Source of the DNA: Pseudogymnoascus verrucosus
Taxonomy: Eukaryota
Length of the DNA: 64,000 bases
Strand: one strand, 5' to 3'
Assembly (NCBI GenBank): GCA_001662655.1
Contig: KV460232.1
How positions within the stretch are numbered: position 1 is the stretch's first letter; every line of letters begins with the position of its first letter. The notes below the pieces were generated by a model. It was not told the DNA's origin, made no database searches, and worked only from the letters and a program-made list of their open reading frames with translations. Shown here in pieces: positions 1 to 10,951 of the stretch. The translations under genes and the position numbers were made by a program.

Positions 1-2
1 CT

Positions 3-1841
3 GCTTCATCCCGCATGGCGGTTGCTGAGAGTTTGTTGAACCTGGCCGCGGCAGATATTCAGGGAGGCCTCGATCGTGTTCGCTTGTCTGCGAACTGGAT
101 GGCAGCCGTTAACCACGAGGGCGAAGGCTCTGCCTTGTATGAGGCTGTCCAAGCAATTGGTATGGATATGTGCCCCAAGCTCGGCATAAGCATTCCTGTT
201 GGAAAGGACTCTACATCCATGAAGGCTTCGTGGAAGGATAGCTCCAACGGAGAGTCCAAGTCTGTTACGGCACCCGTTACAGTCGTCATCTCAGCCTTTG
301 CTCCAGTGCAACGTGTCAGCCACACCTGGACTCCTGCTCTCCGAAGACTCGAGGATGTTGGCGAGACAGTACTCATGTTTGTGGATCTTGCCCAAGGCAA
401 GCAAGCTATGGGTGGTTCCGCATTCGCCCAGGCCTGTGGACAGCTTGGAAATGAGAGCCCCGACGTTCATGACGTCGATCTCATCGCTGACTATTTCGAT
501 GCGGTCACTCAACTTCATGAGTCTGGTATTGTCTTGGCATACCACGATCGCTCTGACGGTGGTCTCTTCACTACTATTGTTGAGATGATGTTTGCCGGTC
601 GTTGTGGAGCTGAGATCATGCTCGATGGCGTTGCTAAGAGTGACGAGACAGGTGATGTTTTGGATGCCCTTTTCAACGAAGAATTGGGGGCTGTCTTCCA
701 GGTTAAGAAGTCGGATGAGATCAACTTCATCAGATGCTTCGCAACTTGCGGTCCTCCCCCAGGATTGGTCAAGAAGATTGGTCGCATCCCAGCTGCCACT
801 AAGCAAGAGCTTTCCATTCGTTACAAGGCAGAGACCGTCACCCACCTGGACAGGTCAACTATGCAAGAGTGGTGGTCCTCGACCTCGTACCAAATGCAAC
901 GTCTTCGCGACAACCCCGCCAGCGCTGATTCGGAGTTCTCGCTCATCAAGGACAACAAGGATCCTGGACTCTCGTACAACCTTACTTTCGATCCGAAGGA
1001 GAGCATCCTGCCGATGACGACTCTTCTCAGCAGCCCATTTATCAAGGCTCCCCGCGTCGCCATCCTCCGTGAGCAAGGTGTTAACGGTTACGCCGAGATG
1101 GCATTTGCCTTCAAGGCTGCTGGCTTCGATGCGATCGATGTTCATATGACCGACATCATTGGCGGACGATCTCTTGCAGACTTCGTCGGTATCGCTGCAT
1201 GCGGTGGCTTCTCCTACGGAGACGTCCTTGGAGCAGGACAAGGCTGGGCCAAGTCCATCCTCATGCACGAGGAGAATGCCAGACCAGAATTCAAGAAGTT
1301 CTTCGAGAGGAAGGATACCTTTGCCCTCGGTGTCTGCAACGGTTGCCAAATGCTCAGCAGGCTTTCCGAGCTGATCCCTGGTGCCGAAAACTGGCCGATA
1401 TTCGTTGATAATGAATCTCAGCAGTTCGAGGGCCGTGTCTCGATGCTCCAAATCAAGGATAACAGCGAGAACCCATCAGTCTTCTTCCACGGCATGGACG
1501 GCAGCTCCTTGCCCATTGTTGTTTCCCACGGAGAGGGCCGCGCCCAATTCAAGAACAATACGGACTTAGAGGCATTGACTGCAGCTGGGTTGGTTCCAAT
1601 TAGGTACACAGACAACTACGGGAAGGTTACGGAGAAGTACCCACTCAACCCCAACGGCTCCGCACAGGGAATTGCTGGTGTGACAAGCAGGGATGGCCGA
1701 GTTTTGGCTATGATGCCTCACCCCGAGCGTTCTATCATGGCCAGCGTGGGAAGCTATATCCCCGATGGCATGACAGAGGAGTGGGGTGAGTACGGCCCTT
1801 GGGTCCGAATGTTCAAGAGCGCAAGACGCTGGGTTGGTTAG
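3..1841 (+). CDS. ADE6: Phosphoribosylformylglycinamidine synthase (FGAM synthase), 3' part; gene begins upstream of the window
   Basis: Frame open from the window edge. PurL motifs SANWMAA, IPVGKDS and YHDRSDGG; glutaminase motifs GGFSYGD, GVCNGCQ and MMPHPER. Confidence 0.97.
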   Translation, partial: ASSRMAVAESLLNLAAADIQGGLDRVRLSANWMAAVNHEGEGSALYEAVQAIGMDMCPKLGISIPVGKDSTSMKASWKDSSNGESKSVTAPVTVVISAFAPVQRVSHTWTPALRRLEDVGETVLMFVDLAQGKQAMGGSAFAQACGQLGNESPDVHDVDLIADYFDAVTQLHESGIVLAYHDRSDGGLFTTIVEMMFAGRCGAEIMLDGVAKSDETGDVLDALFNEELGAVFQVKKSDEINFIRCFATCGPPPGLVKKIGRIPAATKQELSIRYKAETVTHLDRSTMQEWWSSTSYQMQRLRDNPASADSEFSLIKDNKDPGLSYNLTFDPKESILPMTTLLSSPFIKAPRVAILREQGVNGYAEMAFAFKAAGFDAIDVHMTDIIGGRSLADFVGIAACGGFSYGDVLGAGQGWAKSILMHEENARPEFKKFFERKDTFALGVCNGCQMLSRLSELIPGAENWPIFVDNESQQFEGRVSMLQIKDNSENPSVFFHGMDGSSLPIVVSHGEGRAQFKNNTDLEALTAAGLVPIRYTDNYGKVTEKYPLNPNGSAQGIAGVTSRDGRVLAMMPHPERSIMASVGSYIPDGMTEEWGEYGPWVRMFKSARRWVG

Positions 1842-2468
1842 ATGAAGCTCGAAGACGGTATTCACCTGGAGATGGGAAGCGTCACAAAATAAATTGGTTT
1901 ACGGAGTTATAAGGTAGGCTTGAGATGGGGCGCATGCATTAATAAAAATGAACACAATGAGTTGTTCTCATTGTATATATCCCATGATCAGATTGTGCAG
2001 TTTTCACCTCTGCCTCAAACTGGGACAAATAAATAGTTGCTATTAAAATATTTGAATTTAATATAAATTTATAAATCTTTTGGATCTATAATTTATCGCT
2101 GATTGTTTCGAAGTATTTTTGGCTCTATCTCCGAATACCCAATATGCCAATTATAGCTCTTGGTGATTGAGAGACTTCATTTTAGTTACAGTTACTGTAG
2201 TCACTCCTGTCATGCATAATTGCTCTTCAGCCTTCAGTCTTTTGTTTTTTTGGGTAGCACGAGTATGTGAAGTGAATTTCTGATGGACAAGGCTGAAGTT
2301 CATCGAGGCGATAAGTGCGATAAGCCAGGGCCGCCTTATTCGCGTCTCCCGAGAATCGACAACGCGACTGCCTTCCCCCCGCACAGATAAACTTCAAGAT
2401 CATGACAACCTTGCCCTTCGATCCTATTGATAGTTTATGAACCAAGCCGTATGAATTGAATACGAAGC

Positions 2469-4374
2469 ATGGAGAAATTCTTGCGTGATTGGCGTCAGGA
2501 TGCATTGAATAAACATCAGTACGACTCGGCCATCTTCATTGGAGACAAACTGCTGGCCTTGACGAGTATGACCCCTCAGGCTATTGCTCCAAACAATTTA
2601 ACTGATGTATTTGACAGACAATGACAAAGATGCATTCTGGCTTGCTCAAGTCCACTTCTCCACTGGAAATTATACTCGCGCCCAGAGCTTCCTGGCGAAG
2701 CAAGACTTGGTGTCGAGGAACCCATCATGCCGATATCTAGCTGGCCACTGTCTCATAAAGCAAGGGAGATTTGAGGAAGCTTTAAATATACTGGGAGAGA
2801 ACAATCCTACACATTTAATAGGAACGGCGGGCAACAACAGGCGGAAGATGCAACATACCGGTGGACATACCAGGACCAACTCAGTACACAGCAAGACATC
2901 GAAGTCAAGCAAGCGAGACGAAGCAGCTCAAGAAGAGGATGCAAACATACGATTTGAGGCGGCAATGTGCTTTCTGAGGGGCCTTTGCTATGCCAAACAG
3001 AACGCCTTCGATAGGGCAAAGGAGTGCTACAAAGATGCTGTTGGAATTGATGTACAATGCTTCGAGGCATTTGAGCAGCTGATGAAGAACTGCCTCATGT
3101 CGCCAGATGAAGAATGGCAGTTTTTGGAGTCTCTTGACTTTGATGCCATATCTGCAGATGACCCATCATCACAAGAAGCAGCTGAGTTCACCAAAATGCT
3201 GTACACAACACGCCTCTCCAAATACAAAAATCCTGTCGCCTTCACCACAGCCACTGAAACGCTTTCCACACACTACAACTTAGCATCAAACCCCGACCTT
3301 CTTCTCTCCAAAGCCGACCTTCTATTCACCCAATGTCGTTTCAAAGAAGCCCTCCGCATTACGTCCTCTATAATCCAAGGTGACAAGTACAACTTCGCCA
3401 TTTATCCACTGCACCTCGCCTGCTTGTACGAGCTAAATGAGAAGAACGCCCTATTCCTTGTCTCCCACGATCTGGCCGACAACCATCCTGATGAACCATG
3501 CACTTGGCTTGCTGTGGGAATCTATTACCTCGCCACGTCTAAAATTGCAGAAGCACGGCGGTACTTCTCAAAAGCATCGATGATGGACCCGCATTTTGGC
3601 CCTGCATGGATTGGATTCGCGCATACCTTCGCAGCAGAAGGCGAGCACGACCAAGCTATTTCAGCCTACAGCACTGCCGCAAGACTGTTCATGGGCACGC
3701 ACTTGCCACAGCTGTTCTTAGGCATGCAGAACTTGCTTCTTAATAATATGACGCTGGCGGATGAGTTTTTGAAGACGGCGTATGGACTATGCAAGACTGA
3801 CCCGTTACTACTGAACGAAATGGGGGTTGTATTTTATCATCAAGACCACCTCGATAACGCGGTGACGATGTTCAAGACAGCTTTAACGATTGCCGTGGAA
3901 ATTGACAGCGAACCTTCTGCCTGGATCTCAACACAAGCAAACCTGGGCCATGCATACCGCCGACTGGGTCGCTGGGATGAAGCCTTGGAGTCCTTCGAAG
4001 AGGTACTCCGAATGGGCGGCAAAGATCCGCAAGTTTTCTGTGCAAAGGGCTTGGTGTTGATGGAACAAGGAAAAGCGTTTGAGGCAGTAGGAGTACTTCA
4101 TGAAGCCCTTGGGATTAGCCCGCAAGATTCAATTGCAACGGAGTTATTGAATCGTGCATTGGAAGAGACAGCCGAAGGAGGTATGGGCGATATACTTGGG
4201 GAAGTTGATGACGAAGCCTGGGAAAGGGAGCTAGAAGAGAGGAAACGAGAGGCTAAAGTCAGGGAGATGGGAAAGGGGAAGGAGAGGTATAGAAGCGCCA
4301 TGAGGGGGAAAGGGAGGGGAAGCAGTAGGGGGGTTGAAGTGGACAGTTTGATGGAGTTGAGTAGTGATGATTAA
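2469..4374 (+). CDS. CDC16: Anaphase-promoting complex TPR subunit APC6/Cut9/Cdc16; join(2469..2565,2618..4374)
   Basis: Exon 1 reads MEKFLRDWRQDALNKHQYDSAIFIGDKLLALT. GT-AG intron 2566-2617 joins it in frame to the TPR-rich ORF (W..VG.YY, AWIGFAHTFA.EGEHDQA). Confidence 0.93.
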
Positions 4375-4696
4375 CGATGGATGAACCGGCCGAGCCGTGG
4401 ATGGGCTAAGTGACGAGCAACGCTTGAAGGGAATTGGCATATTATTGATAAAACATATTCCACCAGTGCATGACGCTCCACAAAACACTGCCGCTTCTGG
4501 GCGGCTCTCACAAATCGCTGTTCGTCCCAGTTGTTGGAATATTTGCAAATGAGTTCTAAATATCTTTACATAAACCATCGACATCCATATTCTACAGCGC
4601 CATTCCACCAGGCGAATCGTACAACTCCAATGAACTGCCCCAAAGGCCATGTCTGTGCCACCCACTGTTCTAACGTTCACACACCCGACAAGTCCT

Positions 4697-5621
4697 CTAT
4701 TTCTTCCCTTGCTTACCCCCCCCTCTTAAGCCCCTCTTCCCGGCATTAGCCACCTTTCGAACTGTAGCCTTCTTCCATGCCGTCCATCTATCCCTGGGTT
4801 TGAACGCTCTGACTTGGATCTTAGCACGCTCAGCCGCACGACCGATCTCCCAATTGGCCTCACGGTACATGTATCCCGGTCTCAGCGTCAACACCCTTCC
4901 TTCCTCTCCCTTCCTCTCACGGACCTTCTTTGCTGGCGCTGGCGCTGACACCTGGGTCTGCACGGCGCCTTCCTCGCCCTGTAGCTCGGCCGACTCCTCC
5001 ACAACCTCTGGAGTCTCGGCGACGGTCGAAAATTCCATCTGGCTTGCAGCAAGGCCTAACCTCCGTCTGCGCATCGAGTTTCTCGGTAGGGGAAGGACTT
5101 GGTTTCGCTCGAAGACTACGCCAATGTATTGCCTCTTTGGGTGCCTCTCGGGATCTTTGTAGTACTTCACGTAGCCGGATTCAGTCGCGTAGATGGTGTG
5201 GTCGCGGCCCATGGCACAGTTGTCACCGGGGAACCAGTGCGTGCCTCGTTGACGGAAGATAATGTTGCCTGGGATAACGTATTGTTCTGTTCCATGTCAG
5301 TCTGCGGTCGTCTCCAAATGGTGTGCCCTGGGTGATCCTGTCATGCGACATTGGACACCTGGCACGCAAGAGAGCAAACAAACCTCCAGACTTCTTGCAA
5401 CCCAGCCTCTTTCCCGGACCATCCTTCGCCTTGTTCACTGCTCCTTGCGCTTTATGCGTAGCATATCGGACGAAGTTCAAGTTTCCGCCCTGAGTTTCCT
5501 TTTGGCACAACCTGAGCGCAGCAAATGCCTCATGAAGTCCTGTATGCGAATTCGAAGCTCCCGATCGAGCAATTGAAGTTAACGACGCCCTCAGCGGCGG
5601 CTGTAGCCGTTGTATCAGCAT
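4697..5621 (-). CDS. MRP7: Mitochondrial ribosomal protein bL27m; complement(join(4697..5286,5384..5621))
   Basis: Presequence-like N-terminus, then [49 protein letters not shown] (L27 signature) after removing intron 5287-5383. Confidence 0.92.
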
Positions 5622-5808
5622 CTTGCCGTGTGGTGGTGGTATCTACCTATTTCGCTGCGCTTGGGGATGGATGTCAATGAATAATTTGAGGCTGTCCCCG
5701 GTTGATTAGTCAGCACATGTACCATCCGGGGACAACTTGTCCTAAAGGCGAGGTGATATATTTGGCTACTGAGTTTACCAAGAATACATTCAGTAACTCA
5801 ACTTCAAA

Positions 5809-6287
5809 ATGTTTGGAAGAGTAACTCTTACAAGCGTTCTGCTTGTCGGTGCCCTGGCGGCGACCGTCAATGCACAGTTTGGAAATATGTTTGAGCAGTT
5901 TATGGGTGGCCAACAGCAACGACAGCATCATCAAGCTCCACAGAATGTTGCAAGCGACTCAGCTTGGTATCAACAGACATACGGCAATGGTATTCCTTTC
6001 TCAGATCCTGTGTATTGAGGGACACAATGCTAATATTCCACAGCCCATTGCAGCAATTACCTCTGTCCAGGGACACTATGTAAGCTTTACAATACCTAGG
6101 CTCACACCGACGACTAATAATGTCTATAGCATGTGTGTCCGTTCCCCACCACTGCCCATGTCAATTCCCGGCGGTAGAGGATAAATTTGAGTTGGGCGAT
6201 GGATCAGCAATTTGCGTGTCGAAGGGCGGCTTCAAGGCGAATGAGGCTGCTCGGAAAGTCGAGTTGGCAAGGAAGGGGCTGTTATAA
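5809..6287 (+). CDS. LCL2: Long chronological lifespan protein 2-like, small secretory/ER protein; join(5809..5989,6044..6079,6130..6287)
   Basis: Signal peptide plus [12 protein letters not shown]. The spliced product gives [16 protein letters not shown] and ends [10 protein letters not shown]. Both introns are GT-AG with CTAAT branch sites. Confidence 0.85.
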
Positions 6288-6491
6288 AAGACAATACGAT
6301 ACGATATATGGCGTTTGGGATACCACATTGCGAAATATGGATGCGGGAATTATGAATCTACATATGATTGCTCATGCACGACAAGGACTTCAAAGTGGTC
6401 ATCTGGATCATTGATACTTTGCCAGGCTAGTTCATCTTTTTTAACACGTCCAGAGTTACAGAGACGAATAAGACAAAGTCTGAAAGGCGGA

Positions 6492-8423
6492 CTATTTCTT
6501 TGCTTCCTTGCCCGTGGGAATGTTGAACAACACAGCCGGCTCACCATCCTTATAGGCCTTGTCGACTCTGTAATATCCCTTGCGCTCAAACTGGATGATA
6601 TCATCAACCTTCAGATCCTGAACATTTTGGTCGCAAAGAGCCGCGGATCTAAACTCGGTGACTGGGGTAAGGAACTTCTCCATCTCATCGTCTTCCTCGA
6701 GTTTGTCTTTTGTGATCAGGTAGTCAAAGTCAACCAGCTCCACTGGGATCAAAGTCTGCCCCTCGAAAGACGCCCATGTAACCTTCTTCTCTGTCTTCTT
6801 AACGTCGCCCTCAAGGTGTAGTTCAAGCTCAACCGAAGTGATTGGGTCCGAGCCAACAATCTTGCGGACAATCGCGTTACCCCAGGCCATGAGCGTAATT
6901 TCCTCGCCCTCCTTCATGAGCTTGACATCAGCCTGCTCAAGAATAAGTTCACTGCTGAAGGTGACCTTCTTCGTGCCAACCTCAGGGTTCTTATTGTGCT
7001 TTGGCTTCTCCTCAGTGTATGGTTTGTCCGGTCCACCAATGATGGTCGCCCGAACTGTGTTTTCCTTATCAATGGCAGTAAATCTTGGCGCGACGGCATC
7101 AATGACCTTCTTGTTGGTGGCCCAAAAATTGGTCCAGTCCATGTTGACGATATTTCTGCTCGGCCCTTGCTTCAAGATAAAATCACGCAGGGCTGGGATG
7201 GTCATGCCTCTGCGTCTTACACCACGGATAGTGGGCATACGCGGGTCATCCCAACCCCAGACTTTGCCGGTATCAATAAGCTTGGTGAGCTTTCGCTTTG
7301 AGAGGAAGGTTCGGATGAAGTTCATTCTTGCGAAATCCCAGATGTGAACTTGGCGCAGACCCAGGATATCAATAAACCACTGGTACTGATCATTACGATC
7401 AGCGTACTCAGTGGTTCTCAGGGCATGCGTAACACCCTCCAAGGCATCGACGATGGGAACAGCCAAATCATATGTAGGGTACATCTTCCACGTCGTTCCG
7501 GTTCTGTGGTGGGGAAGAAGGTTGCAGCGGTAGATAACCGGATCGCGCATGGCCTTGTTTGGGTTGTCAACAGACATCTTGGCTCTGATGCAGTTCTTCT
7601 GGCCTTCCTCTGAAGCAACCTTCATTTCCTCGAAAATGCGAAGGTTCTCCTCGACCGTCCTTTCACGGCGTTCACTGGCAATGCCCTTCCATCTCTCATC
7701 GCGCATTTTCTCCTGCTCGGTGTCATCTGCGTATGCGTGCCCCTCGGTAATTAATCGGATGGTATGTTCGTACAAGACCTGGAGATAATCGCTGGTGTAA
7801 CTGGTCCTGTCTGGCTTAATACCCATAAGAGCAAGATCCTCGATGATCGAATCCTCGAACTCTTGCTTCTCTTTCGAAGGGTTGGTATCATCGAAGCGCA
7901 GAAGTAAGGTTCCCTTGTACAGGTCGTGGGCAAAGTAATCGTTCAGAAGAGCAGCCTTTGCGTGTCCAATATGGAGATATCCACTGCTAGCTGTTAGGGA
8001 GTATTACCATGCATATTGAAATGGGTCTTACGATGGCTCAGGAGGGAATCTAGTGACAACACCCTGGTCGGCATCTTGAAGTGCAATGTTATAGCTTGCA
8101 CCGGCCTTACTGAGAGCAGCTTTCTTTGCTTTCACGGCATCGTCTGCAACTTTAATCTCTGATTGGATTTCTGGGTGAGACTCCTCAACAAATACAAACC
8201 AGCGAGTGAGATTTGCGAGAGATCCCTTCTTCAAGAATGCGTTTGTGACTTTGTTGCTTCGTAGGGTGACCCATAGCTTGACATCAGCGTCACTGATACG
8301 GTATCCATCGAAGTAAGTTCTGAGCGTGAAATATTTGTCTAGTTTGAGCAAATGTGGCTCAACCGCTTTGTAATCCGGCGCTGAGAGCGCAGACACAAGA
8401 GTTGCAACCTCGTCGCTGTTCAT
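6492..8423 (-). CDS. GUS1: Cytosolic glutamyl-tRNA synthetase; complement(join(6492..7983,8032..8423))
   Basis: GST-C-like N-domain. VTRFPPEPS|GYLHIGHAK (HIGH motif) across intron 7984-8031. LSKRKL (KMSKS-type) and anticodon domain QFERKGYY. Confidence 0.95.
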
Positions 8424-8621
8424 CTTTATTCTGGTCCGACACAGTTCGTGATTCACGTTTGTGGCGGGGTTGTATTTACCTGCCCGCAATAATCTGTGGG
8501 AGTGGGCCATTTTGAAGCTAATACCTTCGGAACGGAGTTTTATATCTCCGACGTAATAGCGATATTTGTTGACCATCACGGACTTGAAGGGGCCAGGAAC
8601 AAAATATACAACTACAACAAG

Positions 8622-9594
8622 ATGGCGTCTACAAGGCCACTCTTGGCCCAATTAAATAGGCTCTGTATATCATCGGGTCCCAGGCCCATGGTATACCGCC
8701 CTGCAGCCCTCATACACAACTCTATCCAGCAACGCTTTGCTGCCAAAAAGGCAGGCCCGAACAAGTACGCCGAGAAAAGGAAAGCCCAAAAGCTGGCGGA
8801 GAAAAAGAAGAGAAAGCCAAGGACTTCCTACATTCAGTACAACCTTAATGATGCCGACCAATTTGCGCTTTGCGATGCCATGCGGTATGTGTGGTTCCCA
8901 CGACTTTAACGTTCTGGACTAACGCCATTTTAGCTATATTAGAGCCGCAGAGGTCGGCAGGCCTGCAACGCAAGTCAAATACGAAGTGGCGCTGAAAGTC
9001 AAGTCAGTCAAGAACGGGCCTGTTATGCGCAATCGACTACGCCTCCCTTATCCCGTAAAGACAGACCTACGAATCTGTGTCATCTGTCCGCCAGATTCGA
9101 AATACGCGGAAGCTGCCCGAGCAGCAGGAGCATCACTTGTTGGCGAGGAGGAGATCTTCGACGCGATAAAAGATGGGAGGATCGAATTTGATCGCTGCAT
9201 AGCGCAGTCTGAATCGTTACCAAAGATGAATAAGGCTGCGTTGGGAAGAATCCTCGGACCAAGGGGTCTGATGCCCAGCTCAAAAACCGGCACTGTGGTG
9301 AAGGACCCAGCTGTTGCTGTCAGGGAAATGGTTGGAGGCGCAGAGTACAGGGAACGTTTGGGGGTAGTACGCATGGCAATTGGGCAGTTGGGGTTCACAC
9401 CGGAGATGGTGCAAGATAACATCAAGGTTTTCGTGGAGTCGGTAAAGAAGGATATGGCACAACTGAGCGAGAAAGTCAACAAGGAGATTGCGGAGGTCGT
9501 GTTGAGCTCGACAAATGGACCGGGCATGACTCTGAGCGGCGATTTCAGAAGCCCGACGTCAACAATCAGTCCAAAGGATCTGACAGTATTATAG
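8622..9594 (+). CDS. MRPL1: Mitochondrial ribosomal protein uL1m; join(8622..8884,8934..9594)
   Basis: Arg-rich presequence; LCDAMR|YIRAAEVG across the intron; L1 motif LGRILGPRGLMPS.KTGTV. Confidence 0.92.
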
Positions 9595-9692
9595 AGCAAT
9601 AGCTTGTATTTTTAGTTGTACAGTACAATATTCACATTGTCTTTCCCGGGTATAGAATTAAAACGCCTGAGCTATGTGTCCCCAAACTGCTG

Positions 9693-10553
9693 CTACCCTC
9701 GAAACTCTGAACCATTCAGCACCTTCACGGCCTCGGCAGCTTCATCCATCTCTCTGTAAATGCCCATCACCTTGACCAGGCGCGCTCGAGAAGAATCGTC
9801 AGACCCATTGGCCTCTTTTAGGGCCGTATTAAGATCTAGAAGTAGGACGCCCCTGACTCTCCCTATCCGCTGCTGCTGTGTAGCAACGAATGCATTTTCG
9901 TGGCCGGCCGCTCGAGCCATACGAACGACGTGGCAGTAATCCTTTACAAGACGCTGCAACTTTCTGATGTTGGCACCTCCTGTGGCCATATCAGGGGTGA
10001 GCCCACCCTCATCCTCATCGTCTTCGCTATCACTCCAAACCTCGTCCCGGGTCTGTCTATCCACAGAACCCATCATGAGATTCTCCTCCAATTCTTCTAA
10101 CGTGGCATCGAGCTCCAGCATAGTTCGTGCCGCACTGATCTCCTTGTTGATCTGTGACTTCTCGCTGAGCAGGCCATCAACATCCTGGCCCTTGGCCTTT
10201 ATCTTGCCCCTCACTTCTTCAAATCCTCGTTTGAGACCTAGGAGGCCCACACGAACATCCTCAACCTTCTCCTCTCCACCACGAAGGTCCGAGCCAAGAC
10301 TTAGAAATTGCTCGTAGTTAACATTGACGAGATCGAGGAGCTCTTTAGACAATGCTTGGGACCGTTCTCTCAGATCTGTACGTAAGTCCTCCAGGGTTTG
10401 ATGGCGGTCTGCAAGGGTGGAGAGGTAGTCGGATGCGTCAAAGTTGGGAACCAAGAAATCACTCCTCGGGAGAGCTTCTGGGTATGGTAGATTGTCCTCG
10501 TCGTCTGCCGATGAGGCGCTTGCAGAGTCACCCCCAAAGTAAAAGCCATTCAT
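9693..10553 (-). CDS. COG2: Conserved oligomeric Golgi complex subunit 2 (COG2 N-terminal domain protein)
   Basis: Intronless 286-aa ORF with F...YLS.L..RHQTLEDLR..L..RS..L..ELLDLVN.NY..FLSLG..L, typical of the COG2/Vps51-type N-terminal domain. Confidence 0.82.
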   Translation of the reverse strand: MNGFYFGGDSASASSADDEDNLPYPEALPRSDFLVPNFDASDYLSTLADRHQTLEDLRTDLRERSQALSKELLDLVNVNYEQFLSLGSDLRGGEEKVEDVRVGLLGLKRGFEEVRGKIKAKGQDVDGLLSEKSQINKEISAARTMLELDATLEELEENLMMGSVDRQTRDEVWSDSEDDEDEGGLTPDMATGGANIRKLQRLVKDYCHVVRMARAAGHENAFVATQQQRIGRVRGVLLLDLNTALKEANGSDDSSRARLVKVMGIYREMDEAAEAVKVLNGSEFRG

Positions 10554-10771
10554 GGTTTCCGGTTTCTCTCCCAGATTCCCTCCTTCCCTGACTTGGAGTA
10601 TCTCGAACTAGTATAATGGTTTTGATACGTGTGTTTTGATGATGAGGATCACGTGTCGTCATCCCTCAGGATTCCGATGAAGGCATTGGCATAGACGCTA
10701 AAACGGTGACAAGGGCCCACAAGCGCTCGTTTCTATTGGCCCTAACTTAGCGAAGCGGGGGTGTGAAGTTT

Positions 10772-10805
10772 TTATCAGATCATCTCATCTAATCTGATCC
10801 GATAA
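10772..10805. promoter_or_regulatory. SreA/GATA iron-repression elements upstream of hapX
   Basis: TTATCAGAT at 10772-10780 is the reverse complement of ATCTGATAA, a perfect ATCWGATAA. Near-match ATCCGATAA at 10797-10805. Both lie about 150-180 nt upstream of the hapX ATG. Confidence 0.7.
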
Positions 10806-10951
10806 AGGCCGCCTCTCCCACTCATCCGCGGCACATTCGTACACAGTCATTGCCCTTATATCAACCCCTCCGCACTCCTGCAGTGCTTCTATAGCTGCAG
10901 GTAACTACTTTTGATGATAAGCAACACGGAGAACTAGATTGTAACAAGAAA

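Noticed and set aside
6456..6494. Readthrough of the GUS1 stop would end in -SSL (PTS1-like)
   Set aside because: Stop context TAG TCC is not a known readthrough motif (TGA CTA) and SSL is a weak signal; likely chance.
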